A stretch of 64,000 nt of DNA from an uncultured Candidatus Poseidoniales archaeon. GTDB lineage: Archaea; Thermoplasmatota; Poseidoniia; Poseidoniales; Thalassarchaeaceae. Positions 10,285 to 21,100 of the stretch are shown here, in pieces. Each line of letters begins with the position of its first letter. Within the stretch, counting starts at the first letter, position 1. The translations under genes and the position numbers were made by a program. Location of the stretch: NCBI GenBank assembly GCA_964570065.1, contig CAZMVZ010000001.1:41652-105651 (forward strand), given 5' to 3'. The notes beneath the pieces were generated by a model. That model saw nothing but the letters and a program-made list of their open reading frames with translations, was not told the origin of the DNA and searched no databases.

Positions 10285-11295
10285 TTACTCCTCCTGTGTT
10301 TTCACTATCGCCGCTGCGATTCTAGATGGTCCGGGCATGTAATCCCATTCAGTAGTATGGGGGAATGGCGTGTCCCATCCAGTGACCCTCTCGATGGGAG
10401 CCTCAAGGTGGTAGAAGCACCTCTCCTGTATCGAAGCCGCCATTTCCGCACCGAAACCACTGGTCTTAGGAGCTTCATGGACAATCACACACCTACCCGT
10501 CTTCTCGACCGAACTTACGATCGCCCCCCTGTCCCAAGGAATCAGAGTCTGCAGGTCAATTAGATCGCATGATACCCCGCTGTCACTGATTGCTTGCTCG
10601 CAAACATGGACCATGGCACCCCATGAGATTACTGTGCAATCGCTTCCTTGTTGTGCCAACCTCGCCTCGCCAAGGGGGATTCTATATTGGCTCTCGGGAA
10701 CTTCGGCCTCTGGATGATCAGCCCATGTGGGTACGTTGTGGGGGTCTCCGTAGAATGGCCCACGATAACACCTCTTCGGCTCGAAGAAAACGACAGGATC
10801 ATTGCACTCAATTGCACTAATCAGTAGACCCTTTGCATTGTAAGGGGTTGAGCAGTAAACCACCTTTAGTCCGGGCGTATGGGTGAATTGAGACTCTGGG
10901 GACTGTGAATGGTGGTGCCCGCCCCTAATGCCACCACCTGCTGGGGTCCTGAGTGTGACCGGGGACCAGAACTCCCCTCCCGACCTGTGCCTTATCTTGG
11001 CCATCTCGTTCACAATCTGATCATAAGCCGGGAAGATGTAGTCAGCAAACTGAATTTCCACTACTGGCCTGAGTCCATTTAATCCCATTCCAAACGCGGT
11101 TGCAGCAATGCCCCCTTCCGAAAGAGGCGAGTCGAAAACACGATGATCCCCATGCTTCTCTTGCAACCCATCAGTTGTTCTGAATACCCCTCCAAAGTAT
11201 CCGACGTCTTCCCCGAAGATGATTACATTAGGATCGCTATCCAGCATATTGTCGAGAGCGCTGTTTAGTGACTGAATCATATTCATGTTTGCCAT
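10285..11295 (-). CDS. 2-oxoacid dehydrogenase E1 beta subunit (transketolase-like)
   Basis: IFGEDVGYFGGVFRTTDGL and EIQFADYIFPAYDQIVNE motifs of E1-beta. Sits directly between E1alpha and E2. Confidence 0.9.
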   Translation of the reverse strand: MANMNMIQSLNSALDNMLDSDPNVIIFGEDVGYFGGVFRTTDGLQEKHGDHRVFDSPLSEGGIAATAFGMGLNGLRPVVEIQFADYIFPAYDQIVNEMAKIRHRSGGEFWSPVTLRTPAGGGIRGGHHHSQSPESQFTHTPGLKVVYCSTPYNAKGLLISAIECNDPVVFFEPKRCYRGPFYGDPHNVPTWADHPEAEVPESQYRIPLGEARLAQQGSDCTVISWGAMVHVCEQAISDSGVSCDLIDLQTLIPWDRGAIVSSVEKTGRCVIVHEAPKTSGFGAEMAASIQERCFYHLEAPIERVTGWDTPFPHTTEWDYMPGPSRIAAAIVKTQEE

Positions 11296-11297
11296 AT

Positions 11298-12533
11298 TCA
11301 GCCTCCCATCATCTCGTCATGCTGCTCTCTCAGGTGCCAAGGCATTTCTTCGTACACCTCTGTGAAAATAGTTTCCGCAGAGGGATATGGTCCGTTTGCC
11401 AGATCTCCGAATTTTACCGCCTCCTTGTAAGCATCAATAACCTCTGAGTCGATCCTTTCCTCCAGTTCTTTGTGTCGCTCCTCACTCCACTCTCCCAATT
11501 TTATCAGGTGTCCTTTCAGCCTATCCACAGGATCGCCACCAGGCCACTTAGTATGCTCTTCCTTGGGCCTATATCTGCTAGGATCGTCACTGCTGCTGTG
11601 TGCTCCCGTTCTGTAAGTTAGAACCTCGATGTGAGTGGCCCCAGAACCTGCAGCAGCTCTCTCTCGTGCCCACTTGGTCACTGAATATAGCGCTAGGAAA
11701 TCGTTTCCGTCTACCCTAATTGAAGCAAGCCCGAAAGGGATACCCCTCGATGCGAAATCCCCCATCCCAGAAGCGAAGTTGGAATGAGTCGAAATTGCCC
11801 ATTGGTTGTTTACCACATTCAGAATTACAGGGGCCTTGAACACACTTGCGAAGTTTAACGCATAGTGATAATCCCCCTCAGCGCTCGCCCCATCTCCTAT
11901 CCAGGTAATCGTCACCTCATCCAGTCCTTTGTACCTTGATGCCAACCCCACCCCTACGGCCTGGCTGAACTGTGTTCCAACAGGGCTGGAAACAGAAATG
12001 AACCGCCCCTCACGATACGAATAGTGTACTGGCATCTGTCTTCCCTTGATGTTGTCTTCTACGTTTCCAATGCAGTGGCAGATCATGCTAACCATCCCCC
12101 TGCCTCTGACGAATTGAGCTCCCGGCTGCCTGTAAGTTGGAAAAATCCAGTCTTGCTCCTCCAAAGCCATTGTTTGGGCGATAGCAACTGCCTCCTCTCC
12201 CAATGAACGCATGTAGAATGACAGTAGACCAGTCCTCTGCATTTTCATCATCCTATCGTCGAAGATCCTCAATCTGACCATGTGTTCCAAGCCGGTTCGG
12301 AGTTTATCTGCAGAGAGTCCTGGGTCCCATTCCCCAGAGGCATTTCCATCGTCATCAAGGACCCTGACTAGGCCCTTTGCTAGGTCCACTGTATCTTGGA
12401 AATGACAATTCTTGGGATCGGGCATCGGGTAATCGCCAGGTTTCCATGGCCAGTTTTCGAAACTAGATTCCTCCCCTGGCCTGAATGGGGCGTCTGGAAC
12501 GTGGATTTTCCCACCAGTGCCCTTAGTGGTCAT
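11298..12533 (-). CDS. 2-oxoacid dehydrogenase E1 alpha subunit (TPP-dependent)
   Basis: TPP-binding GDGASAEGDYHYALNFA motif. Phosphorylation-loop-like YRTGAHSSSDDPSRYR. Operon position upstream of E1beta. Confidence 0.9.
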   Translation of the reverse strand: MTTKGTGGKIHVPDAPFRPGEESSFENWPWKPGDYPMPDPKNCHFQDTVDLAKGLVRVLDDDGNASGEWDPGLSADKLRTGLEHMVRLRIFDDRMMKMQRTGLLSFYMRSLGEEAVAIAQTMALEEQDWIFPTYRQPGAQFVRGRGMVSMICHCIGNVEDNIKGRQMPVHYSYREGRFISVSSPVGTQFSQAVGVGLASRYKGLDEVTITWIGDGASAEGDYHYALNFASVFKAPVILNVVNNQWAISTHSNFASGMGDFASRGIPFGLASIRVDGNDFLALYSVTKWARERAAAGSGATHIEVLTYRTGAHSSSDDPSRYRPKEEHTKWPGGDPVDRLKGHLIKLGEWSEERHKELEERIDSEVIDAYKEAVKFGDLANGPYPSAETIFTEVYEEMPWHLREQHDEMMGG

Positions 12534-12550
12534 GTTTCACTCCTCCCTTA

Positions 12551-13645
12551 TCATGAATTATCAACCTCTGCAACAACCAATCTCTTCTGTGACAGGACGT
12601 GACTAACCGCAGAACCCGTAGAGTCTCGTGTGACCACCGGCTCGCCACCCATTGCTTCCTCCCAAAGAAGTCCTGCTCTGTAGCTAGACCTAACCAGGGG
12701 TCCGCTAGCCACAGCACTGAAACCAAGATCCCTGGCGAGGCCATCCCAGTCTGCAAACCTGTCTGGCTCGGGAAACCTGTCTACTGGGAGGTGCCTGAAA
12801 CTAGGCTGCAGATACTGCCCTAGCGTAATCATGTCTACTCCAGCCTCGCGAATCATCCCCATGGCCTCTTCAATCTCTTCATCCGTTTCTCCTAGTCCGA
12901 CCATCAGGCTAGTCTTCGTAAGCAGGTCTGGGCGGATTTCCTTTGCTTTCCTGAGAATTTCTAGAGATTGCCCGAAGGAGGCCCTTTGATCTCGAACTAT
13001 TTTGTCTAGACGAGGCACGCACTCGACATTGTGTGCGAAAACCCTCAGAGGCAGACCATCCAGCATTTTCTCGAGTGCGTCGAGATTTCCGTCTAGATCC
13101 GAACAAAGCAATTCCAAACCAACATCTGGATTCTTGTTGGAAACCTCTACGATGCAGTCTCTGTAGTGCATTGCTCCTCCGTCTTGAAGGTCATCCCTGT
13201 TTACCACAGTAATAACTGCAAAGCTAAGACCCATCCTGAGAACTGCATCAGCCAACTCTTTGGGCTCTTGCGCATTTAGTTCTGGAGGAGTCTTAACGGT
13301 CCCGACCGCGCAGAATCTACAACCTCTAGTGCAAACTTCACCCGCCACCATGAAGGTCGCAGTTCCTCGACCCCAGCAGTCGTGAACGTTCGGGCACCGG
13401 GCCTCCTCGCAGACAGTATTCAATCCATGAGCCACCACATTGCCCTTGGTGGCATTGTATCTCGACTGAGACTGACCAGTCGGCAGCGACGTCTTGAACC
13501 ATGAGGGAAGCCTCTTCCTCATGTTTTTCCTTTTTTCCAGGGGGCTAATCTCACTGGTGCTGTCACAACCTCCGGACGACTCTACTTCGGAATCGATGAT
13601 TGGCAACCGCCTCTCCATCGTTATCAGCGGATAGAAGAACGACAT
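12551..13645 (-). CDS. lipA: Lipoyl synthase (radical SAM)
   Basis: CEEARCPNVHDCW (auxiliary cluster) and CTRGCRFCAV (radical-SAM CxxxCxxC). Confidence 0.9.
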   Translation of the reverse strand: MSFFYPLITMERRLPIIDSEVESSGGCDSTSEISPLEKRKNMRKRLPSWFKTSLPTGQSQSRYNATKGNVVAHGLNTVCEEARCPNVHDCWGRGTATFMVAGEVCTRGCRFCAVGTVKTPPELNAQEPKELADAVLRMGLSFAVITVVNRDDLQDGGAMHYRDCIVEVSNKNPDVGLELLCSDLDGNLDALEKMLDGLPLRVFAHNVECVPRLDKIVRDQRASFGQSLEILRKAKEIRPDLLTKTSLMVGLGETDEEIEEAMGMIREAGVDMITLGQYLQPSFRHLPVDRFPEPDRFADWDGLARDLGFSAVASGPLVRSSYRAGLLWEEAMGGEPVVTRDSTGSAVSHVLSQKRLVVAEVDNS

Positions 13646-13715
13646 TAACCGTTCTCATTGTGAAGTCCCACTTCTTGTGAGCAATCGGTAAAGTGTGTGG
13701 TCCCCTGCGGAATGT

Positions 13716-14474
13716 ATGCGCGGGACGGTATTGGTAACTGGGGGGGCCAAAAGGATAGGCCGAGAAATCTGTCTGAGGCTTTCAAAAGAGGGATTCTCAA
13801 TCGCCATCCACTACAGAACTTCCGAACAAGAGGCGAACCAACTGGTCGGGGATATCGAGTCCAATGGTGGAAAGGCCAAGTCTCTACAATGCGATCTAAA
13901 TGATTCTGATTCCGTGAGGGGATTAATTCACAAGGCAAACGAATCACTTGGCACTGTAGTGGGAGTTGTAAACAACGCCTCCTTCTTCTCTTTCGACAGG
14001 ATTGAAAGCCTCTCAGAAGAACTGTGGACTGAACACATGAAGGTAAACGCATTTGCCCCCCTTGTCCTAATCGCCGAGTTGTCAAAGTCTCACCAAGAAG
14101 CCTCATGGGTCGTGAACGTTTTGGATTTCAAGGTCGAATCACCAAATGCAGATTATCTCTCATATACGGGTTCAAGATTCACAATGTACGGATTGACCTC
14201 CGCACTTGCAATTGATCTCGCCCCAAGAATCAGAGTTAACTCGGTTGCACCAGGGCACGTTCTAACCAGTGACGTTCTAGACGCAGATTCGCTCAAGGTA
14301 GTGCAGTCCCAATCCCCACTTGGGTTCGGACCTTCTGCAAATGACGTGTCCGAAGCAGTATTCTTCCTGGCGAACTCCCCTTCAATCACAGGTCAAACCA
14401 TCTTCGTTGACTCGGGTGAGCGCTTTAGACAGATGGGAAAGGATCCGGCATTTGACAAGGAGGGAGAAAATTGA
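13716..14474 (+). CDS. Short-chain dehydrogenase/reductase (pteridine-reductase-like SDR)
   Basis: VLVTGGAKRIGREI is the TGxxxRIG coenzyme motif, with a YxxxK catalytic dyad downstream. ATG at 13716; the longer ORF begins at a GTG at 13695. Confidence 0.8.
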   Translation: MRGTVLVTGGAKRIGREICLRLSKEGFSIAIHYRTSEQEANQLVGDIESNGGKAKSLQCDLNDSDSVRGLIHKANESLGTVVGVVNNASFFSFDRIESLSEELWTEHMKVNAFAPLVLIAELSKSHQEASWVVNVLDFKVESPNADYLSYTGSRFTMYGLTSALAIDLAPRIRVNSVAPGHVLTSDVLDADSLKVVQSQSPLGFGPSANDVSEAVFFLANSPSITGQTIFVDSGERFRQMGKDPAFDKEGEN

Positions 14475-14890
14475 CAATCACAACTCACCATCTTAGTCCC
14501 ATAATCGGAAACCTCGAGTCTAATGGATGGACAACATTACGACTCGAAGACGTGGTAATGGATCTGGACATAGGTGCACACGATTACGAGAAGGGGGTGA
14601 AGCAACCGGTGAGATTTGATATCGAAGTTTTGCTCGAGGGCGCAGACTCCCCAATCAATGATCAAATTGGAGACGTTCTAGACTACGAGTATCTCTATCG
14701 CTCAATAGAAACAGCCACTTCTAAGAGGAATACCCTCATGGAGACAATTGCCTCTTCAATACTGGATTCCATACTACTTCCAGAGAGTGTTGTAGCCGGA
14801 GTGGTGTGCTTGACCAAGACTTCCCCCATGGGCTTTGATGGTAAGTTTGGCTGCACTCTGGCAAGAGTAAAACGCGAATTTGAGAATTAA
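14471..14890 (+). CDS. folB: Dihydroneopterin aldolase (FolB-like)
   Basis: LRLEDVVMDLDIGAHDYEKGVKQPVRFDIEVLL matches the FolB core (GxxxxE…Q-x-x-x-D). It begins at a TTG that overlaps the SDR stop (TTGA), suggesting translational coupling. Confidence 0.6.
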   Translation: MTITTHHLSPIIGNLESNGWTTLRLEDVVMDLDIGAHDYEKGVKQPVRFDIEVLLEGADSPINDQIGDVLDYEYLYRSIETATSKRNTLMETIASSILDSILLPESVVAGVVCLTKTSPMGFDGKFGCTLARVKREFEN

Positions 14891-14976
14891 TGGTGCAGGG
14901 GATGGGATTCGAACCCATGAAGCACTAAGCACCGGAGCTTAAGTCCGGCCCCTTTGACCAACTCGGGTACCCCTGC
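14891..14976 (-). tRNA. tRNA-Leu (anticodon UAA), long variable arm, genomically encoded CCA
   Basis: Reverse complement gives acceptor stem GCAGGGG/CCCCTGC, anticodon stem-loop CCGGA-CUUAAGC-UCCGG (anticodon TAA), long variable arm, T-arm GGGTTCGAATCCC and 3' A-CCA. Confidence 0.8.
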
Positions 14977-15077
14977 AGCCTAACGAGCATCGACTTTCGA
15001 TTTCAACCGAGCGGACAATAACGTGCTATAACCGACGCATCCACCACTCTAGACTCCCGAACTCTTTAACATCCCGG

Positions 15078-18032
15078 ATGCGGCGCACAATCGTGCGAAA
15101 TCGCAACTCCCGCCTCTCTGTACGTAAAACTACACTGATCTCACTGTCATTGGTGTTATTGATGCTTATTCCCACTGGCTTCGATTTGGAATCTCCAGAA
15201 CTTCCCGATTACAAGGTATTCAATTCCTCAGAAAGTGCACCAGATGCCAACTTGTACAAGCTATACTTCGTACAACCGGGACAGAACCAGACTGCTGGAA
15301 TGGACGGATTGATCAGTACTAAACCGCCTGAGGGGAACGCGGATCAGGAAGTGGCAAGCGCATTGGATGACGATGTCCAATTCATGACCATTTCATTGAT
15401 GTCATCGATGGAATTCTTTGGGAGGAAGTTCCATGCAAATGACTCGTACTACATACCAGTTGAGCTATTCCTCAAGTCTGAAGGATCTCAGAATTCAAAT
15501 GTCGATTGGACAGTTTCCGTTATGACTTCTGAGAGAACCATTGGCTCCACAACTTATTCCGGTTCCGTATGCTCTTCATCATTTGGCAGCAGTTGCGATT
15601 TTGATCACGAGATTATCGACGTAGGGATAGGCAATTCCGAATCATTCCAAGTTGGGAAGAACGAGCGACTGATAATCAGGGTTAGAGCCAGCATGTCGGG
15701 GTGCGACAGTAGCGACAGCCCGTTCGGCGGATCTAGCTGTTCTGCAGATGTCGCATTCAACAACATCGATAATGAGCCAAACAAATTCTCCAAGATGGAG
15801 GCAAATGGAAATGCACTGATGAATAGCATCATCGTAGTCCAGAGGGAAGGTGCAAACATTGCTGATGGTTCCGTGATAGATTGGTACCCGAATGACATTG
15901 TCGAGGACAGGGAGATGCAGTTCTCAATAGATGCAATCAGCGCATTTGGGAGGGCGGATATTTCAAGGGTTGACATCCTGATGAGGGGCCCGGATGGGAA
16001 CTATGAGGTCGATGAAAGAATAACTGGTGACATGGAGGAAATAGAGGATTCCAGCACAGGAGTCTTTGGCAAATTCCTTTTCACCTACGATAGTGGACTT
16101 TCTCCCGGGGAGTATACTGTATTTCTCAGGGTCCGGGATGTCGGTGGTAACGAAATTGAAATCGAGCACGAACCAATAGAGATGCATCAGTTCGGAGTGT
16201 CACTGAAGCACAGGTTCGATCGTTCAGTTGAGTACTTCGCCCCGGGTAAGGTCACCCCCGTCCCGATGGTTCTTGTCCATAGGGGGGACTCCACCAAGTC
16301 GATGAACGTAGAACTTGAAGTTTTGACCAATTTGGGCAGCTCTTGGTTGGTTGAGTTCGACTCCCCAGCAGGATACGAGATGAGCTCTGGGGGTACGGTG
16401 ATTAATCCAACTGTGACTCTCACAGCACCCGATGATCTGACCGGGATGCCGAAGAAGATTGAGATTCGAGCAGTCGCTGAGGCCGATGTGGATGGGGTTA
16501 TCTCGGTTGTCCATCAGGATACGCTCGTACTAAACGTGGAGAAGATTGACGTCTACCAGCCCCCGGTAGTTTCAGTCTGGTCCGAGGATCACAAAACACC
16601 GATAGCTAACTCTTCCAGAGGTGATGCCCTGGATTCGACCATCCCCAGATTCGCCGAGTACGGGGAATTCAACCCATTTATTTTGGAGATTTTCAATACT
16701 GGTTTTGATGCCGATACATTCAGGATCGACATTCTGAAGAGGTCGAAATCAATCTTCCAATTGCACGATAATCTAACTGGGCAGAGGATACTTCAAGATG
16801 AGGGTGATGGGACTTTCCACACTCCTTTACTGGAGAGGCACAGCACCAAGGTCCTGATTCTGGGGGTTAAGCCAAGCCTAGACAGGGAGGATGAGGATAT
16901 CGGGGAGATTGAGATAGAAGTAATCAGTGGAGGAAATGCCTCTACCACAACTACTGTTTCATTCACAATCCAGAGAACATTTGGGATAAGGGGGGAGGTC
17001 TCACAGGATTGTGATGGGACGCCTCTAGGCCACATGAAGGTGGCACTTTGTGCGCCCGGTCAGGATAGGCCTGAATTGGACTTCAGGGCGCGATTGACGA
17101 ATAGTGAGACGAATCTGGAAGCAGCATCATGGTGGTTGCTTCAGAACCCCGCATCGTTGAAGGAAAATACCGACAGAAACTCTGCTTATGGCCAATGGGA
17201 TTTCAGAATAACAAATTCGGATGGAGAATCAGTTCCTCGAGTATCCCTTGGGCCCGGAGACTTCACAGAGGTCTTCATCAGCGTAACCCTGACTAATCAG
17301 GTAGAGGTTGGGAATCATACTGTCTACCTGAGGATTGTTGAGGATATAGAAGAAGACGAACCAAGATATTTCGATCTTCCTATGACCTTCGAAATTGAAG
17401 CCGACCAACCAATGTTGGAGATTGTTCAGGTTTCCCAGAATACTAAACTTGCACCTGGAAATGACTATTCTATCCAGATGAAAGTGAAGAATGAAGGAAA
17501 CAGTCCAATGACCGTTCTGCTTGAAGCTGACGTAGACGAGAGTGGGTGGGATGTGAGCATCGGTGGCCTTTCGGGTTCCCCCTTGATAGAAATTGAAGCA
17601 TTTGACGAGGCCACATTTACTGTCGAGGTTTCTGTGTCTAGTTCGGCAAACAACGGAGATTCAATTCCGATTTCAGTTACTGCCACCCCACTAGACACAG
17701 AGCAGAGTTTCCCGGAGTCTCTAACCGCCAAGTTCACTCTTACGGCAATAGTAGAGATCGGGTCTTTCGTCGATATAATTGTTAACGAAATGGCCCATCC
17801 TAGGCCAATCACTCTTGTTCTGGTATTGGTCAGTGTTCTATTGCTGTTCGCTGGTATTCAGAGCAGGCTCAATAGGAGAAGGTGGGCAGCACAGATGAGG
17901 ATGCTGGAGACTCTATCTGACGATGAGGTTGAAGTCCAAGAAAACACTCCTGAGATTCCCGCACCAGTAACCGTAGAGGAAGAACATAGGGGCGTAGATA
18001 AGTACGACGATGACGATGTCGAGCTGATATAG
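15078..18032 (+). CDS. Large type-I membrane surface protein (984 aa) with CARDB/Ig-like beta domains, C-terminal TM anchor and acidic cytoplasmic tail
   Basis: N-terminal signal/TM (LISLSLVLLMLIP), long beta-rich ectodomain with CARDB-like segments, C-terminal TM (ITLVLVLVSVLLLFAGI), and tail DDEVEVQENTPEIP…DDDDVELI. Confidence 0.8.
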   Translation: MRRTIVRNRNSRLSVRKTTLISLSLVLLMLIPTGFDLESPELPDYKVFNSSESAPDANLYKLYFVQPGQNQTAGMDGLISTKPPEGNADQEVASALDDDVQFMTISLMSSMEFFGRKFHANDSYYIPVELFLKSEGSQNSNVDWTVSVMTSERTIGSTTYSGSVCSSSFGSSCDFDHEIIDVGIGNSESFQVGKNERLIIRVRASMSGCDSSDSPFGGSSCSADVAFNNIDNEPNKFSKMEANGNALMNSIIVVQREGANIADGSVIDWYPNDIVEDREMQFSIDAISAFGRADISRVDILMRGPDGNYEVDERITGDMEEIEDSSTGVFGKFLFTYDSGLSPGEYTVFLRVRDVGGNEIEIEHEPIEMHQFGVSLKHRFDRSVEYFAPGKVTPVPMVLVHRGDSTKSMNVELEVLTNLGSSWLVEFDSPAGYEMSSGGTVINPTVTLTAPDDLTGMPKKIEIRAVAEADVDGVISVVHQDTLVLNVEKIDVYQPPVVSVWSEDHKTPIANSSRGDALDSTIPRFAEYGEFNPFILEIFNTGFDADTFRIDILKRSKSIFQLHDNLTGQRILQDEGDGTFHTPLLERHSTKVLILGVKPSLDREDEDIGEIEIEVISGGNASTTTTVSFTIQRTFGIRGEVSQDCDGTPLGHMKVALCAPGQDRPELDFRARLTNSETNLEAASWWLLQNPASLKENTDRNSAYGQWDFRITNSDGESVPRVSLGPGDFTEVFISVTLTNQVEVGNHTVYLRIVEDIEEDEPRYFDLPMTFEIEADQPMLEIVQVSQNTKLAPGNDYSIQMKVKNEGNSPMTVLLEADVDESGWDVSIGGLSGSPLIEIEAFDEATFTVEVSVSSSANNGDSIPISVTATPLDTEQSFPESLTAKFTLTAIVEIGSFVDIIVNEMAHPRPITLVLVLVSVLLLFAGIQSRLNRRRWAAQMRMLETLSDDEVEVQENTPEIPAPVTVEEEHRGVDKYDDDDVELI

Positions 18033-18107
18033 TCTGCAAATGTACGAACGACGCTCCATTCTTCTTAAGACCCAAAGTTAGCGGCCTACAAAACGAGACT
18101 GGCATCT

Positions 18108-21100
18108 ATGCATTTAGCAAATCCAAATTATGGAGAATCTGGGCCCGCGGCCAAGAAGAGATCAGCCTCACTTCTGACCTTCTTGATACTAATGTCAGGG
18201 GGGGCCTCCATGCAATTAGCCGTCTTCGAGGCCTCTGCTACTGTGAACGACCAGGATGCAGACGGACTCCCGTATGGGATTGAGTTCCTGATCAACACTC
18301 AGCCACAGGATTGGGACTCGGATAACGATGGGCTCCCTGATGGATGGGAATGGCAATATGGTTTAGACCCCCTATCGTCATCTGGAGATAACGGCTCCAC
18401 CGGAGATCCCGACTCCGACGGACTCACAAATCTGAACGAGTATCTTTACGGAATCCCCTCGGGTTGGGATGAGCCATCCACTACGAACGTCCTGGACAAT
18501 GGAGTTTGGTGGAATGGAACTATTCCTGTTTCGAACTGGGACGAGGAGAGCGCCATGCAAGTGATTCAGGGTTCTGGTTCAGACGGTGCAGACGAGGATC
18601 CGGTAGGAAACATCTGCACAGATACGTTCGACAACGATCACGATGGAATGGTTGATTCCAATGATCCAGACTTCGATGGGGATGCCGATTGCAGCTCCAA
18701 TGATGATGATGGAGACGGAATCGAAGATGAGGATCCCAATGGTTGGGATACCGATGGAGACGGGATGCCAGATGGGTGGGAGGCAGCAAATGGCCTTGAT
18801 CCGACCTCGAACTCAAACCAAGATGGGACTTTTGGGGACCCAGACTCAGACGGGCTATCAAACATTTACGAGTACGTCAACCCTGCATGGGGGACTAGGA
18901 ATGGGACGACATTCCCACCAACACAATACTTCAGACCCGGGCCAATCAACATGACGATAACTGAGTCACCCTGTAATCCAGTACTTTCCCTCGGCCCTGG
19001 GGGGTGTGGAATCTTTACCGCCGAGGTCGATGGCATTACCCAGACCGACCCACAGAACAACGACACCGATGGAGATGGCCTGAATGACTCCCTGGAGGGA
19101 CTCATCTTACTTACTGACCCAACCTCTCCGGATACTGACTCGGATGGAATTCTCGATGGAATCGAATACAATGGCTCGTATGGTGATCCGGCCCAGGGAT
19201 CAGACCCTAGGGATAACAACACGGACGGAGACCATTTGGATGATGGAGACGAAGATCTGAATGGCAATGGGGTGGTTGATCCAGGTGAGACAGATCCAAC
19301 GAGAATCAACGACGAGGGCGATTTCGATGGTGATGGGCTGCAAAACTGGGAGGAGAACAACTCCTGCACTCTATGGAACGTTTCCGACTCAGATGGAGGT
19401 GGAATAAGTGATGGAGACGAAGGCTTCCCCGGGCAGACCGATCCGTGTACATCCATTTTCGAACTTGTTTTCACAATTATTTCCTGGGATGGAGATGCCG
19501 ACACGCTAACCATCAACTCCACAGAAGGGATCAATCCAGATCCGGTGGATTGGAGGGGAAATGCGCCAATGGCTTACTTCGTATCCCCCAATGGAACTCG
19601 GACCCCATTCAGCTATGCCTCCCTGGAGGCGCCATCCTTCCTGAAAGGGGTGGATACAGAACCCCCAACAGGCGCAGCAACGATTCTGTTCACCAACGGC
19701 TCTTGGTGTTGGGATGCTTCTGTCAATGCCACAAACGACCCATGGTGCGATGATGACTACAAGGACTCGGATGGAGATGGTCTCGCAGACTGGGAAGAAT
19801 TGACAGCAGCTTGGGGGTTCCTATCTGACCCGACACTATACGATTCCGATGGAGACGGCGTCAATGACCTATCCGAAACTCTGAATCTAACTGACCCAAG
19901 AGAGCCCTGTCACAATCTCCTAGATTCCGATGAGGATGGCCTCAACAACTACTTCGAGAATACAACGGGATGCTCAATGATTTTTGGAATCGGGGGTTTT
20001 GGATTCGGAGGCAATTTCACATCTGACGTTTGGTTCACTCTCTGGAACGTAGCAGATACCGACAATGGAGGGGTCGAGGACGGGCAGGAATATCTAGACG
20101 GGACAAACCCTCAAGACAATCCTGATGACGACATCAACCCCCTCGATACTGATGGCGATGGCATACCTGACATAATCGAGCAGGATATAGGAACTGACTG
20201 GCTTGACCCAGATTCCGATGGAGGGGGAATCCCTGATGGGGAAGAATGCCCCGAGGATTTCTGGGTTCTGGACTGCATAGGGTCTCCCGGCGATCCTTTC
20301 GATCCTATTGATGACATACAAGAGAACGCACTGATGTTCACTGCTACCAATAGTTCCGAGGGACTAGATCCAACTGTCAAACACTACTGGAGGTGGCATA
20401 CCTATGACTTCTACACCGGGGTTTCGTGGGGCGTGAATAGCACCCTCGTGGGCAATACCCAAGTTACTCCGGAATTCTCAACAGAACAAGGGGTGGCAGA
20501 CCAGTCTTTCTGGAATCACTCAGGACCACTATCTTGGGAGATAGTTTTCGATGAAGCTGGATACATCGGTCCCGGACAGGAACTAATACAACCTCACAAT
20601 GTGGTGAATTACACGGCATGGGTGGATAGTTCCGCCGGTCTCAACTTCTCGAACTACACTCGTGACATAATCGTCGATAGTGCCGTCATCGAAGCTCTAT
20701 ACGTCAACGCTCCGGAGGTGGTATTATCCGCTGTAATTCGTGAGAATTCGACAGCATTCGCCGATTCCGATTACGGCAAGGATCTACCTCCGGACTTCAT
20801 GAACAACTCAGGTTTCGTCGCTAACCTTACTCAGGATGTCATAGACCAGTCGGGGGCTATCTCAGCATGGGACAAGGTCACTGCTATCCAGAATTTCATA
20901 GTGAACGGTAATGAAACAATTTCTTTCCTAAGGAATCACTACGGTTCGGGTAGGGAAAGCGGTCTTGGGATAGATAGTGATGTTTCACATTGGATTCTAA
21001 ATTCATCTAGGGAAGGAGACTGTGATGAGTTTACCTCGGTCTTTGTGACTATGCTTAGGATGGCAGGTATCCCTGCACGCAAGGTCACTGGCTTTTCAGG

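Noticed and set aside
18866-19534. 222-aa minus-strand ORF (S/P-rich), along with many other 60-350-aa antisense ORFs inside the giant genes (e.g. 23894-24760, 47643-48692, 8029-9027, 5213-5785, 35263-35586)
   Set aside because: Each lies fully antisense to, or out of frame within, a strongly supported gene. Their translations are low-complexity (Ser/Pro/Arg-rich), typical of shadow ORFs in a ~52% GC genome.
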